DNA of 64,000 bases from Eledone cirrhosa (Eukaryota): positions 62,001 through 126,000 of the forward strand of contig CAXHJY010000898.1 of NCBI GenBank assembly GCA_964016885.1, written 5' to 3'. Both the position numbers and the translations under genes were made by a program. This document shows, piece after piece, positions 24,501-38,739 of the stretch; position 1 is the stretch's first letter, and each line of letters starts with the position of its first letter. The notes beneath the pieces were generated by a model. It was not told where the DNA came from. It saw only the letters and a list, made by a program, of their open reading frames with translations, and did not search any database.

Positions 24501-26550
24501 AGGATAGCTTAGCTTAGGATAGCTTAGCTTAGGATAGCTTAGCTTAGCTTAGCTTAGGATAGCTTAGCTTAGGATAGCTTAGGATAGCTTAGCTTAGGAT
24601 AGCTTAGCTTAGGATAGCTTAGGATAGCTTAGCTTAGCTTAGCTTAGGATAGCTTAGCTTAGCTTAGCTTAGGATAGCTTAGCTTAGCTTAGGATAGCTT
24701 AGCTTAGCTTAGCTTAGGATAGCTTAGCTTAGCTTAGCTTAGGATAGCTTAGCTTAGCTTAGCTTAGGATAGCTTAGCTTAGCTTAGGATAGCTCAGCTT
24801 AGCTTAGCTTAGGAAAGCTTAGCTTAGCTTAGCTTAGGATAGCTTAGCTTAGGATAGCTTAGCTTAGGATAGCTTAGCTTAGGTTAGCTTAGCTTAGCTT
24901 AGCTTAGGATAGCTTAGGATAGCTTAGCTTAGGATAGCTTAGCTTAGCTTAGCTTAGGATAGCTTAGCTTAGCTTAGCTTAGGATAGCTTAGCTTAGCTT
25001 AGCTTAGGATAGCTTAGCTTAGGATAGCTTAGGATAGCTTAGCTTAGCTTAGCTTAGGATAGTTTAGCTTAGCTTAGCTTAGGATAGCTTAGCTTAGCTT
25101 AGGATAGCTTAGCTTAGCTTAGCTTAGGATAGCTTAGCTTAGCTTAGCTTAGGATAGCTTAGCTTAGGTTAGCTTAGGATAGCTTAGGATAGCTTAGCTT
25201 AGGATAGCTTAGGATAGCTTAGCTTAGGATAGCTTAGCTTAGGATAGCTTAGCTTAGGTTAGCTTAGCTTAGCTTAGCTTAGGATAGCTTAGGATAGCTT
25301 AGCTTAGGATAGCTTAGCTTAGCTTAGCTTAGGATAGCTTAGCTTAGGATAGCTTAGGATAGCTTAGCTTAGGATAGCTAACTTAGGATAGCTTAGCTTA
25401 GGATAGCTTAGGATAGCTTAGCTTAGCTTAGCTTAGGATAGCTTAGCTTAGCTTAGCTTAGGATAGCTTAGCTTAGGTTAGCTTAGCTTAGCTTAACTTA
25501 GGATAGCTTAGCTTAGGATAGCTTAGGATAGCTTAGCTTAGGATAGCTTAGCTTAGGATAGCTTAGGATAGCTTAGCTTAGGATAGCTTAGAATAGCTTA
25601 GCTTAGGATAGCTTAGCTTAGGATAGCTTAGGATAGCTTAGCTTAGCTTAGCTTAGGATAGCTTAGCTTAGCTTAGCTTAGGATAGCTTAGCTTAGCTTA
25701 GCTTAGGATAGCTTAGCTTAGCTTAGCTTAGGATAGCTTAGGATAGCTTAGCTTAGGATAGCTTAGGATAGCTTAGGATAGCTTAGCTTAGCTTAGCTTA
25801 GGATAGCTTAGCTTAGCTTAGCTTAGGATAGCTTAGCTTAGCTTAGCTTAGGATAGCTTAGCTTAGCTTAGGATAGCTTAGCTTAGCTTAGCTTAGGATA
25901 GCTTAGCTTAGCTTAGCTTAGGATAGCTTAGCTTAGCTTAGGATAGCTTAGCTTAGCTTAGGATAGCTTAGCTTAGCTTAGCTTAGGATAGCTTAGCTTA
26001 GCTTAGCTTAGGATAGCTTAGCTTAGCTTAGGATAGCTTAGCTTAGCTTAGCTTAGGATAGCTTAGCTTAGCTTAGCTTAGGATAGCTTAGCTTAGCTTA
26101 GCTTAGGATAGCTTAGCTTAGCTTAGCTTAGGATAGATTAGCTTAGCTTAGGATAGCTTAGCTTAGCTTAGCTTAGGAAAGCTTAGCTTAGCTTAGGATA
26201 GCTTAGCTTAGCTTAGCTTAGGAGAGCTTAGCTTAGCTTAGGATAGCTTAGCTTAGCTTAGCTTAGGATAGCTTAGCTTAGCTTAGCTTAGGTAGCTTAG
26301 CTTAGCTTAGCTTAGGATAGCTTAGCTTAGCTTAGCTTAGGATAGCTTAGGATAGCTTAGCTTAGGATAGCTTACCTTAGGAGAGCTTAGCTTAGGATAG
26401 CTTAGCTTAGGATAGCTTAGGATAGCTTAGCTTAGGATAGCTTAGCTTAGGATAGCTTAGCTTAGGATAGCTTAGGATAGCTTAGCTTAGCTTAGCTTAG
26501 GATAGCTTAGCTTAGCTTAGCTTAGGATAGCTTAGCTTAGGTTAGCTTAG
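21550..26550 (+). repeat. ~5-kb higher-order block Y, copy 1
   Basis: Markers AAAGC 21799, CTAGC 22519, TTAAC 22779, TTAGA 22939, (TTAGC)8 run 23119-23158, TTTGG 24199, TCAGC 24794 and GGTAGC 26291 recur at about +23667. Confidence 0.85.
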
Positions 26551-29500
26551 CTTAGCTTAGCTTAGGATAGCTTAGGATAGCTTAGCTTAGGATAGCTTAG
26601 GATAGCTTAGCTTAGGATAGCTTAGGATAGCTTAGCTTAGGATAGCTTAGCTTAGGATAGCTTAGGATTGCTTAGCTTAGGATAGCTTAGGATAGCTTAG
26701 CTTAGGATAGCTTAGCTTAGGATCGCTTAGGATAGCTTAGCTTAGCTTAGCTTAGGATAGCTTAGCTTAGCTTAGCTTAGGATAGCTTAGCTTAGCTTAG
26801 CTTAGGATAGCTTAGCTTAGCTTAGCTTAGGATAGCTTAGGATAGCTTAGCTTAGGATAGCTTAGGATAGCTTAGCTTAGGATAGCTTAGGATAGCTTAG
26901 CTTAGGATAGCTTAGCTTAGGATAGCTTAGCTTAGGATAGCTTAGGATAGCTTAGCTTAGGATAGCTTAGGATAGCTTAGCTTAGGATAGCTTAGCTTAG
27001 GATAGCTTAGCTTAGGATAGCTTAGGATAGCTTAGCTTAGCTTAGCTTAGGATAGCTTAGCTTAGCTTAGCTTAGGATAGCTTAGCTTAGCTTAGCTTAG
27101 GATAGCTTAGCTTAGCTTAGCCTAGGATAGCTTAGGATAGCTTAGCTTAGGATAGCTTAGGATAGCTTAGCTTAGGTTAGCTTAGGATAGCTTAGCTTAG
27201 GATAGATTAGCTTAGGATAGCTTAGCTTAGGATAGCTTAGGATAGCTTAGCTTAGGATAGCTTAGGATAGCTTAGCTTAGAATAGCTTAGCTTAGGATAG
27301 CTTAGGAAAGCTTAGCTTAGCTTAGCTTAGGATAGCTTAGCTTAGCTTAGCTTAGGATAGCTTAGCTTAGCTTAGCTTAGGATAGCTTAGGATAGCTTAG
27401 CTTAGGATAGCTTAGGATAGCTTAGCTTTGGATAGCTTAGCTTAGGAGAGCTTAGCTTAGGATAGCTTAGGATAGCTTAGCTTAGGATAGCTTAGGATAG
27501 CTTAGCTTAGGATAGCTTAGCTTAGGATAGCTTAGGATAGCTTAGCTTAGCTTAGCTTAGGATAGCTTAGCTTAGCTTAGCTTAGGATAGCTTAGCTTAG
27601 CTTAGCTTAACTTAGGATAGCTTAGCTTAGCTTAGCTTAGGATAGCTTAGGATAGCTTAGCTTAGGATAGCTTAGGATAGCTTAGCTTAGGATAGCTTAG
27701 GATAGCTTAGCTTAGGATAGCTTAGGATAGCTTAGCTTAGGATAGCTTAGCTTAGGATAGCTTAGCTTAGCTTAGCTTAGGATAGCTTAGCTTAGGATAG
27801 CTTAGGATAGCTTAGCTTAGGATAGCTTAGCTTAGGATAGCTTAGGATAGCTTAGCTTAGCTTAGCTTAGGATAGCTTAGCTTAGCTTAGCTTAGGATAG
27901 CTTAGCTTAGCTTAGGATAGCTTAGCTTAGCTTAGCTTAGGATAGCTTAGCTTAGCTTAGCTTAGGATAGCTTAGCTTAGCTTAGCTTAGGATAGCTTAG
28001 CTTAGCTTAGGATAGCTCAGCTTAGCTTAGCTTAGGATAGCTTAGCTTAGGTTAGCTTAGGATAGCTTAGGATAGCTTAGGATAGCTTAGCTTAGCTTAG
28101 CTTAGGATAGCTTAGCTTAGCTTAGCTTAGGATAGCTTAGCTTAGCTTAGCTTAGGATAGCTTAGCTTAGCTTAGGATAGCTTAGCTTAGCTTAGCTTAG
28201 GATAGCTTAGCTTAGCTTAGGATAGCTTAGCTTAGCTTAGCTTAGGATAGCTTAGCTTTGCTTAGGATAGCTTAGCTTAGCTTAGCTTAGGATAGCTTAG
28301 CTTAGCTTAGCTTAGGATAGCTTAGCTTAGGTTAGCTTAGGATAGCTTAGGATAGCTTAGGATAGCTTAGCTTAGCTTAGCTTAGGATAGCTTAGCTTAG
28401 CTTAGCTTAGGATAGCTTAGCTTAGCTTAGCTTAGGATAGCTTAGCTTAGCTTAGGATAGCTTAGCTTAGCTTAGCTTAGGATAGCTTAGCTTAGCTTAG
28501 GATAGCTTAGCTTAGCTTAGCTTAGGATAGCTTAGCTTTGCTTAGGATAGCTTAGCTTAGCTTAGCTTAGGATAGCTTAGCTTAGCTTAGCTTAGGATAG
28601 CTTAGCTTAGCTTAGCTTAGGATAGATTAGCTTAGCTTAGGATAGCTTAGCTTAGCTTAGCTTAGGAAAGCTTAGCTTAGCTTAGGATAGCTTAGCTTAG
28701 CTTAGCTTAGGAGAGCTTAGCTTAGCTTAGGATAGCTTAGCTTAGCTTAGCTTAGGATAGCTTAGCTTAGCTTAGGTAGCTTAGCTTAGCTTAGCTTAGG
28801 ATAGCTTAGCTTAGCTTAGCTTAGCTTAGGATAGCTTAGCTTAGCTTAGCTTAGGATAGCTTAGCTTAGCTTAGCTTAGGATAGCTTAGGATAGCTTAGC
28901 TTAGGATAGCTTAGGATAGCTTACCTTAGGAGAGCTTAGCTTAGGATAGCTTAGCTTAGGATAGCTTAGGATAGCTTAGCTTAGGATAGCTTAGCTTAGG
29001 ATAGCTTAGCTTAGGATAGCTTAGGATAGCTTAGCTTAGCTTAGCTTAGGATAGCTTAGCTTAGCTTAGCTTAGGATAGCTTAGCTTAGGTTAGCTTAGG
29101 ATAGCTTAGCTTAGGATAGCTTAGCTTAGGATAGCTTAGGATAGCTTAGCTTAGGATAGCTTAGCTTAGGATAGCTTAGCTTAGCTTTGCTTAGGATAGC
29201 TTAGCTTAGCTTAGCTTAGGATAGCTTAGCTTAGCTTAGCTTAGGATAGCTTAGCTTAGCTTAGCTTAGGATAGCTTAGCTTAGCTTAGCTTAGGATAGC
29301 TTAGCTTAGCTTAGCTTAGGATAGCTTAGCTTAGCTTAGCTTAGGATCGCTTAGCTTAGCTTAGCTTAGGATAGCTTAGCTTAGCTTAGGATAGCTTAGC
29401 TTAGCTTAGCTTAGGATAGCTTAGCTTAGCTTAGGATAGCTTAGGATAGCTTAGCTTAGGAGAGCTTAGCTTAGCTTAGCTTAGGATAGCTTAGCTTAGC

Positions 29501-30649
29501 TTAGCTTAGGATAGCTTAGCTTAACTTAGCTTAGGATAGCTTAGCTTAGCTTAACTTAGGATAGCTTAGCTTAGCTTAGCTTAGGATAGCTTAGCTTAGC
29601 TTAGCTTAGGATAGCTTAGCTTAGCTTAGCTTAGGATAGCTTAGGATAGCTTAGCTTAGGATAGCTTAGGATAGCTTACCTTAGGAGAGCTTAGCTTAGG
29701 ATAGCTTAGCTTAGGATAGCTTAGGATAGCTTAGCTTAGGATAGCTTAGCTTAGGATAGCTTAGCTTAGGATAGCTTAGGATAGCTTAGCTTAGCTTAGC
29801 TTAGGATAGCTTAGCTTAGCTTAGCTTAGGATAGCTTAGCTTAGCTTAGCTTAGGATAGCTTAGCTTAGCTTAGCTTAGGATAGCTTAGGATAGCTTAGC
29901 TTAGGATAGCTTAGGATAGCTTAGCTTAGGATAGCTTAGGATAGCTTAGCTTAGGATAGCTTAGCTTAGGATAGCTTAGCTTAGGATAGCTTAGGATAGC
30001 TTAGCTTAGGATAGCTTAGGATAGCTTAGCTTAGGATAGCTTAGCTTAGGATAGCTTAGGATAGCTTAGCTTAACTTAGCTTAGGATAGCTTAGCTTAGC
30101 TTAGCTTAGGATAGCTTAGCTTAGCTTAGCTTAGGATAGCTTAGCTTAGCTTAGCTTAGGATAGCTTAGGATAGCTTAGCTTAGGATAGCTTAGGATAGC
30201 TTAGCTTAGGATAGCTTAGGATAGTTTAGCTTAGGATAGCTTAGCTTAGGATAGCTTAGGATAGCTTAGCTTAGCTTAGCTTAGGATAGCTTAGGATAGC
30301 TTAGCTTAGGATAGCTTAGGATAGCTTAGCTTAGGATAGATTAGGATAGCTTAGCTTAGGATAGCTTAGGATAGCTTAGCTTAGGATAGCTTAGCTTAGG
30401 ATAGCTTAGCTTAGCTTAGCTTAGGATAGCTTAGCTTGGGATAGCTTAGGATAGCTTAGCTTAGGATAGCTTAGCTTAGGATAGCTTAGGATAGCTTAGG
30501 ATAGCTTAGCTTAGCTTAGCTTAGGATAGCTTAGCTTAGCTTAGGATAGCTTAGCTTAGCTTAGCTTAGGATAGCTTAGCTTAGCTTAGCTTAGGATTGC
30601 TTAGCTTAGCTTAGCTTAGGATAGCTTAGCTTAGCTTAGCTTAGGATAG

Positions 30650-33600
30650 CTTAGCTTAGCTTAGCTTAGGATAGCTTAGCTTAGCTTAGCTTAGAATAGC
30701 TTAGCTTAGGATAGCTTAGCTTAGGATAGCTTAGCTTAGGATAGCTTAGCTTAGGATAGCTTAGGATAGCTTAGCTTAGGATAGCTTAGGATAGCTTAGC
30801 TTAGGATAGCTTAGCTTAGCTTAGCTTAGGATAGCTTAGCTTAGCTTAGGATAGCTTAGCTTAGCTTAGCTTAGGATAGCTTAGCTTAGGATAGCTTAGG
30901 AAAGCTTAGCTTAGCTTAGCTTAGGATAGCTTAGCTTAGCTTAGCTTAGGATAGCTTAGCTTAGCTTAGGATAGCTTAGCTTAGCTTAGCTTAGGATAGC
31001 TTAGCTTAGCTTAGTTTAGGATAGCTTAGCTTAGCTTAGCTTAGGATAGCTTAGCTTGGCTTAGCTTAGGATAGCTTAGCTTAGCTTAGCTTAGGATAGC
31101 TTAGCTTAGGATAGCTTAGCTTAGCTTAGCTTAGGATAGCTTAGCTTAGCTTAGCTTAGGATAGCTTAGCTTAGGATAGCTTAGCTTAGCTTAGCTTAGG
31201 ATAGCTTAGCATAGCTTAGCTTAGGATAGCTTAGCTTAGCTTAGCTTAGGATAGCTTAGCTTAGCTTAGCTTAGGATAGCTTAGCTTAGCTTAGCTTAGG
31301 ATAGCTTAGCTTAGCTTAGCTTAGGATAGCTTAGCTTAGCTTAGCTTAGGATAGCTTAGCATAGCTTAGCTTAGGATAGCTTAGCTTAGCTTAGCTTAGG
31401 ATAGCTTAGCTTAGCTTAGGATAGCTTAGCTTAGCTTGGCTTAGGATAGCTTAGCTTAGCTTGGCTTAGGATAGCTTAGCTTAGCTTAGCTTAGGATAGC
31501 TTAGCTTAGGATAGCTTAGGATAGCTTAGCTTAGCTTAGCTTAGGATAGCTTAGCTTAGTTTAGGATAGCTTAGCTTAGCTTAGCTTAGGATAGCTTAGG
31601 ATAGCTTAGCTTAGGATAGCTTAGGATAGCTTAGCTTAGGATAGCTTAGGATAGCTTAGCTTAGGATAGCTTAGGATAGCTTAGGTTAGGATAGCTTAGC
31701 TTAGGATAGCTTAGGATAGCTTAGCTTAGGATAGCTTAGGATAGCTTAGCTTAGGATAGCTTAGGATAGCTTAGCTTAGGATAGCTTAGCTTAGGATAGC
31801 TTAGGAAAGCTTAGCTTAGCTTAGCTTAGGATAGCTTAGCTTAGCTTAGCTTAGGATAGCTTAGCTTAGCTTAGCTTAGGATAGCTTAGGATAGCTTAGC
31901 TTAGGATAGCTTAGGATAGCTTAGCTTAGGATAGCTTAGCTTAGGATAGCTTAGCTTAGGATAGCTTAGGATAGCTTAGCTTAGGATAGCTTAGGATAGC
32001 TTAGCTTAGGATAGCTTAGCTTAGGATAGCTTAGGATAGCTTAGCTTAGCTTAGCTTAGGATAGCTTAGCTTAGCTTAGGATAGCTTAGCTTAGCTTAGC
32101 TTAGCTTAGGATAGCTTAGCTTAGCTTAGGATAGCTTAGGATAGCTTAGCTTAGGATAGCTTAGGATAGCTTAGCTTAGGATAGCTTAGGATAGCTTAGC
32201 TTAGGATAGCTTAGGATAGCTTAGCTTAGGATAGCTTAGCTTAGGATAGCTTAGCTTAGCTTAGCTTAGGATAGCTTAGCTTAGGATAGCTTAGGATATC
32301 TTAGGTTAGGATAGCTTAGCTTAGGATAGCTTAGGATAGATTAGCTTAGCTTAGCTTAGGATAGCTTAGCTTAGCTTAGGATAGCTTAGCTTAGCTTAGG
32401 ATAGCTTAGCTTAGCTTAGCTTAGGATAGCTTAGCTTAGCTTAGCTTAGGATAGCTTAGCTTAGCTTAGGATAGCTTAGCTTAGCTTAGCTTAGGATAGC
32501 TTAGCTTAGCTTAGCTTAGGATAGCTTAGCTTAGGATAGCTTAGCTTAGGATAGCTTAGCTTAGGTTAGCTTAGCTTAGCTTAGCTTAGGATAGCTTAGG
32601 ATAGCTTAGCTTAGGATAACTTAGCTTAGCTTAGCTTAGGATAGCTTAGCTTAGCTTAGCTTAGGATAGCTTAGCTTAGCTTAGCTTAGGATAGCTTAGC
32701 TTAGGATAGCTTAGGATTGCTTAGCTTAGCTTAGCTTAGGATAGCTTAGCTTAGCTTAGCTTAGGATAGCTTAGCTTAGCTTAGGATAGCTTAGCTTAGC
32801 TTAGCTTAGGATAGCTTAGCTTAGCTTAGCTTAGGATAGCTTAGCTTAGCTTAGCTTAGGATAGCTTAGGATAGCTTAGGATAGCTTAGCTTAGCTTAGC
32901 TTAGGATAGCTTAGCTTAGCTTAGGATAGCTTAGCTTAGCTTAGCTTAGGATAGCTTAGCTTAGCTTAGGATAGCTTAGCTTAGCTTAGCTTAGGATAGC
33001 TTAGCTTAGCTTAGCTTAGGATAGCTTAGCTTAGCTTAGCTTAGGATAGCTTAGCTTAGCTTAGCTTAGGATAGCTTAGCTTAGCTTAGCTTAGGATAGA
33101 TTAGCTTAGCTTAGGATAGCTTAGCTTAGCTTAGCTTAGGAAAGCTTAGCTTAGCTTAGGATAGCTTAGCTTAGCTTAGCTTAGGAGAGCTTAGCTTAGC
33201 TTAGCTTAGGATAGCTTAGCTTAGCTTAGCTTAGGATAGCTTAGCTTAGCTTAGGTAGCTTAGCTTAGCTTAGCTTAGGATAGCTTAGCTTAGCTTAGCT
33301 TAGCTTAGGATAGCTTAGCTTAGCTTAGCTTAGGAGAGCTTAGCTTAGCTTAGCTTAGGATAGCTTAGGATAGCTTAGCTTAGGATAGCTTAGGATAGCT
33401 TACCTTAGGAGAGCTTAGCTTAGGATAGCTTAGCTTAGGATAGCTTAGGATAGCTTAGCTTAGGATAGCTTAGCTTAGGATAGCTTAGCTTAGGATAGCT
33501 TAGGATAGCTTAGCTTAGCTTAGCTTAGGATAGCTTAGCTTAGCTTAGCTTAGGATAGCTTAGCTTAGGTTAGCTTAGCTTAGCTTAGCTTAGCTTAGGA

Positions 33601-34250
33601 TAGCTTAGCTTAGGATAGCTTAGGATAGCTTAGGATAGCTTAGCTTAGGATAGCTTAGCTTAGGATAGCTTAGGATAGCTTAGCTTAGGATAGCTTAGGA
33701 TAGCTTAGCTTAGGATAGCTTAGCTTAGGATAGCTTAGGATAGCTTAGCTTAGCTTAGCTTAGGATAGCTTAGCTTAGCTTAGCTTAGGATAGCTTAGCT
33801 TAGCTTAGGATTGCTTAGCTTAGCTTAGCTTAGGATAGCTTAGGATAGCTTAGCTTAGGATAGCTTAGCTTAGGATAGCTTAGGATAGCTTAGGATAGCT
33901 TAGCTTAGCTTAGCTTAGGATAGCTTAGCTTAGCTTAGCTTAGGATAGCTTAGCTTAGCTTAGCTTAGGATAGCTTAGCTTAGCTTAGGATAGCTTAGCT
34001 TAGCTTAGCTTAGGATAGCTTAGCTTAGCTTAGCTTAGGACAGCTTAGCTTAGCTTAGCTTAGGATAGCTTAGCTTAGCTTAGGATAGCTTAGCTTAGCT
34101 TAGCTTAGGATAGCTTAGCTTAGGATAGCTTAGCTTAGGATAGCTTAGCTTGGGTTAGCTTAGCTTAGCTTAGCTTAGGATAGCTTAGGATAGCTTAGCT
34201 TAGGATAGCTTAGCTTAGCTTAGCTTAGGATAGCTTAGCTTAGCTTAGCT
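30650..34250 (+). repeat. Block X, copy 2
   Basis: Same marker order at offset ~12950: TTAGA 30691, AAAGC 30901, GATATC 32295, GGTAGC 33254, ACAGC 34040, TTGGG 34150. Confidence 0.9.
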
Positions 34251-37200
34251 TAGGATAGCTTAGCTTAGCTTAGCTTAGCTTAGGATAGCTTAGCTTAGCT
34301 TAGCTTAGGATAGCTTAGCTTAGCTTAGGATAGTTTAGCTTAGCTTAGCTTAGGATAGCTTAGCTTAGCTTAGCTTAGGATAGCTTAGCTTAGCTTAGGA
34401 TAGCTTAGCTTAGCTTAGCTAAGGATAGCTTAGCTTAGCTTAGCTTAGGATAGCTTAGCTTAGCTTAGGATAGCTTAGCTTAGCTTAGGATAGCTTAGCT
34501 TAGCTTAGCTTAGGATAGCTTAGCTTAGCTTAGCTTAGGATAGCTTAGCTTAGGATAGCTTAGCTTAGCTTAGCTTAGGATAGCTTAGCTTAGCTTAGCT
34601 TAGGATAGCTTAGCTTAGCTTAGCTTAGGATAGCTTAGCTTAGCTTAGCTTAGGATAGCTTAGCTTAGCTTAGCTTAGGATAGCATAGCTTAGCTTAGCT
34701 TAGGATAGCTTAGCTTAGCTTAGCTTAGGATAGCTTAGCTTAGCTTAGCTTAGGATAGCTTAGCTTAGCTTAGCTTAGGATTGCTTAGCTTAGCTTGGCT
34801 TAGGATAGCTTAGCTTAGCTTGGCTTAGGATAGCTTAGCTTAGCTTAGCTTAGGATAGCTTAGCTTAGCTTAGCTTAGGATAGCTTAGCTTAGCTTAGCT
34901 TAGGATAGCTTAGCTTAGCTTAGGATAGCTTAGCTTAGTTTAGGATAGCTTAGCTTAGCTTAGCTTAGGATAGCTTAGGATAGCTTAGCTTAGGATAGCT
35001 TAGGATAGCTTAGCTTAGGATAGCTTAGGATAGCTTAGGTTAGGATAGCTTAGCTTAGGATAGCTTAGGATAGCTTAGCTTAGGATAGCTTAGGATAGCT
35101 TAGCTTAGGATAGCTTAGGATAGCTTAGCTTAGGATAGCTTAGCTTAGGATAGCTTAGGAAAGCTTAGCTTAGCTTAGCTTAGGATAGCTTAGCTTAGCT
35201 TAGCTTAGGATAGCTTAGCTTAGCTTAGCTTAGGATAGCTTAGGATAGCTTAGCTTAGGATAGCTTAGGATAGCTTAGCTTAGGATAGCTTAGCTTAGGA
35301 TAGCTTAGCTTAGGATAGCTTAGCTTAGGATAGCTTAGGATAGCTTAGCTTAGGATAGCTTAGGATAGCTTAGCTTAGGATAGCTTAGCTTAGGATAGCT
35401 TAGGATAGCTTAGCTTAGCTTAGCTTAGGAAAGCTTAGCTTAGCTTAGCTTAGTATAGCTTAGCTTAGCTTAGCTTAGCTTAGGATAGCTTAGCTTAGCT
35501 TAGCTTAGGATAGCTTAGGATAGCTTAGCTTAGGATAGCTTAGGATAGCTTAGCTTAGGATAGCTTAGGATAGCTTAGCTTAGGATAGCTTAGGATAGCT
35601 TAGCTTAGGATAGCTTAGCTTAGGATAGCTTAGCTTAGCTTAGCTTAGGATAGCTTAGCTTAGGATAGCTTAGGATAGCTTAGCTTAGGATAGCTTAGCT
35701 TAGGATAGCTTAGGATAGCTTAGCTTAGCTTAGCTTAGGATAGCTTAGCTTAGCTTAGCTTAGGATAGCTTAGCTTAGCTTAGGATAGCTTAGCTTAGCT
35801 TAGCTTAGGATAGCTTAGCTTAGCTTAGCTTAGGATAGCTTAGCTTAGCTTAGCTTAGGATAGCTTAGCTTAGCTTAGCTTAGGATAGCTTAGCTTAGCT
35901 TAGGATAGCTTAGCTTAGGATAGCTTAGGATAGCTTAGCTTAGGATAGCTTAGCTTAGGATAGCTTAGCTTAGGTTAGCTTAGCTTAGCTTAGCTTAGGA
36001 TAGCTTAGGATAGCTTAGCTTAGGATAGCTTAGCTTAGCTTAGCTTAGGATAGCTTAGCTTAGCTTAGCTTAGGATAGCTTAGCTTAGCTTAGGATAGCT
36101 TAGCTTAGGATAGCTTAGGATAGCTTAGCTTAGCTTAGCTTAGGAAAGCTTAGCTTAGCTTAGCTTAGGATAGCTTAGCTTAGCTTAGGATAGCTTAGCT
36201 TAGCTTAGCTTAGGATAGCTTAGCTTAGCTTAGCTTAGGATAGCTTAGCTTAGGTTAGCTTAGGATAGCTGAGGATAGCTTAGGATAGCTTAGCTTAGCT
36301 TAGCTTAGCTTAGGATAGCTTAGCTTAGCTTAGCTTAGGATAGCTTAGCTTAGCTTAGCTTAGGATAGCTTAGCTTAGCTTAGGATAGCTTAGCTTAGCT
36401 TAGGATAGCTTAGCTTAGCTTAGGATAGCTTAGCTTAGCTTAGCTTAGGATAGCTTAGCTTAGCTTAGCTTAGGATAGCTTAGCTTAGCTTAGCTTAGGA
36501 TAGCTTAGCTTAGCTTAGCTTAGGATAGCTTAGCTTAGCTTAGCTTAGGATAGATTAGCTTAGCTTAGGATAGCTTAGCATAGCTTAGCTTAGGAAAGCT
36601 TAGCTTAGCTTAGGATAGCTTAGCTTAGCTTAGCTTAGGAGAGCTTAGCTTAGCTTAGCTTAGGAAAACTTAGCTTAGCTTAGCTTAGCTTAGGATAGCT
36701 TAGCTTAGCTTAGCTTAGGTAGCTTAGCTTAGCTTAGCTTAGGATAGCTTAGCTTAGCTTAGCTTAGCTTAGCTTAGGATAGCTTAGCTTAGCTTAGCTT
36801 AGGAGAGCTTAGCTTAGCTTAGGATAGCTTAGGATAGCTTAGCTTAGGATAGCTTAGGATAGCTTACCTTAGGAGAGCTTAGCTTAGGATAGCTTAGCTT
36901 AGGATAGCTTAGGATAGCTTAGCTTAGGATAGCTTAGCTTAGGATAGCTTAGCTTAGGATAGCTTAGGATAGCTTAGCTTAGCTTAGCTTAGGATAGCTT
37001 AGCTTAGCTTAGCTTAGGATAGCTTAGCTTAGGTTAGCTTAGCTTAGGATAGCTTAGGATAGCTTAGCTTAGGATAGCTTAGGATAGCTTAGCTTAGGAT
37101 AGCTTAGGATAGCTTAGCTTAGGATAGCTTAGCTTAGGATAGCTTAGGATAGCTTAGCTTAGGATAGCTTAGGATAGCTTAGCTTAGGATAGCTTAGGAT

Positions 37201-38739
37201 AGCTTAGCTTAGGATAGCTTAGCTTAGGATAGCTTAGGATAGCTTAGCTTAGCTTAGCTTAGGATAGCTTAGCTTAGCTTAGCTTAGGATAGCTTAGCTT
37301 AGCTTAGCTTAGGATAGCTTAGCTTAGCTTAGCTTAGGATAGCTTAGGATAGCTTAGCTTAGGATAGCTTAGGATAGCTTAGCTTAGGATAGCTTAGGAT
37401 AGCTTAGGATAGCTTAGCTTAGCTTAGCTTAGGATAGCTTAGCTTAGCTTAGCTTAGGATAGCTTAGCTTAGCTTAGCTTAGGATAGCTTAGCTTAGCTT
37501 AGGATAGCTTAGCTTAGCTTAGCTTAGGATAGCTTAGCTTAGCTTAGGATAGCTTAGCTTAGCTTAGCTTAGGATAGCTTAGCTTAGCTTAGGATAGCTT
37601 AGCTTAGCTTAGCTTAGGATAGCTTAGCTTAGCTTAGCTTAGGATAGCTTAGCTTAGGATAGCTTAGCTTAGGATAGCTTAGCTTAGGTTAGCTTAGCTT
37701 AGCTTAGCTTAGGATAGCTTAGGATAGCTTAGCTTAGGATAGCTTAGCTTAGCTTAGCTTAGGATAGCTTAGCTTAGCTTAGCTTAGGATAGCTTAGCTT
37801 AGCTTAGCTTAGGATAGCTTAGCTTAGGATAGCTTAGGATAGCTTAGCTTAGCTTAGCTTAGGATAGCTTAGCTTAGCTTAGCTTAGGATAGCTTAGCTT
37901 AGCTTAGCTTAGGATAGCTTAGGATAGCTTAGGATAGCTTAGCTTAGCTTAGCTTAGGATAGCTTAGCTTAGCTTAGCTTAGGATAGCTTAGCTTAGCTT
38001 AGCTTAGGATAGCTTAGCTTAGCTTAGGATAGCTTAGCTTAACTTAGCTTAGGATAGCTTAGCTTAGCTTAGCTTAGGATAGCTTAGCTTAGCTTAGCTT
38101 AGGATAGCTTAGCTTAGCTTAGCTTAGGATAGCTTAGCTTAGCTTAGCTTAGGAGAGCTTAGCTTAGCTTAGCTTAGGATAGATTAGCTTAGCTTAGGAT
38201 AGCTTAGCTTAGCTTAGCTTAGGAAAGCTTAGCTTAGCTTAGGATAGCTTAGCTTAGCTTAGCTTAGGAGAGCTTAGCTTAGCTTAGGATAGCTTAGCTT
38301 AGCTTAGCTTAGGATAGCTTCGCTTAGCTTAGCTTAGGTAGCTTAGCTTAGCTTAGCTTAGGATAGCTTAGCTTAGCTTAGCTTAGCTTAGGATAGCTTA
38401 GCTTAGCTTAGCTTAGGATAGCTTAGCTTAGCTTAGCTTAGGATAGCTTAGGATAGCTTAGCTTAGGATAGCTTAGGATAGCTTACCTTAGGAGAGCTTA
38501 GCTTAGGATAGCTTAGCTTAGGATAGCTTAGGATAGCTTAGCTTAGGATAGCTTAGCTTAGGATAGCTTAGCTTAGGATAGCTTAGGATAGCTTAGCTTA
38601 GCTTAGCTTAGGATAGCTTAGCTTAGCTTAGCTTAGGATAGCTTAGCTTAGGTTAGCTTAGCTTAGCTTAGCTTAGGATAGCTTAGCTTAGGATAGCTTA
38701 GGATAGCTTAGCTTAGGATAGCTTAGCTTAGGATAGCTT

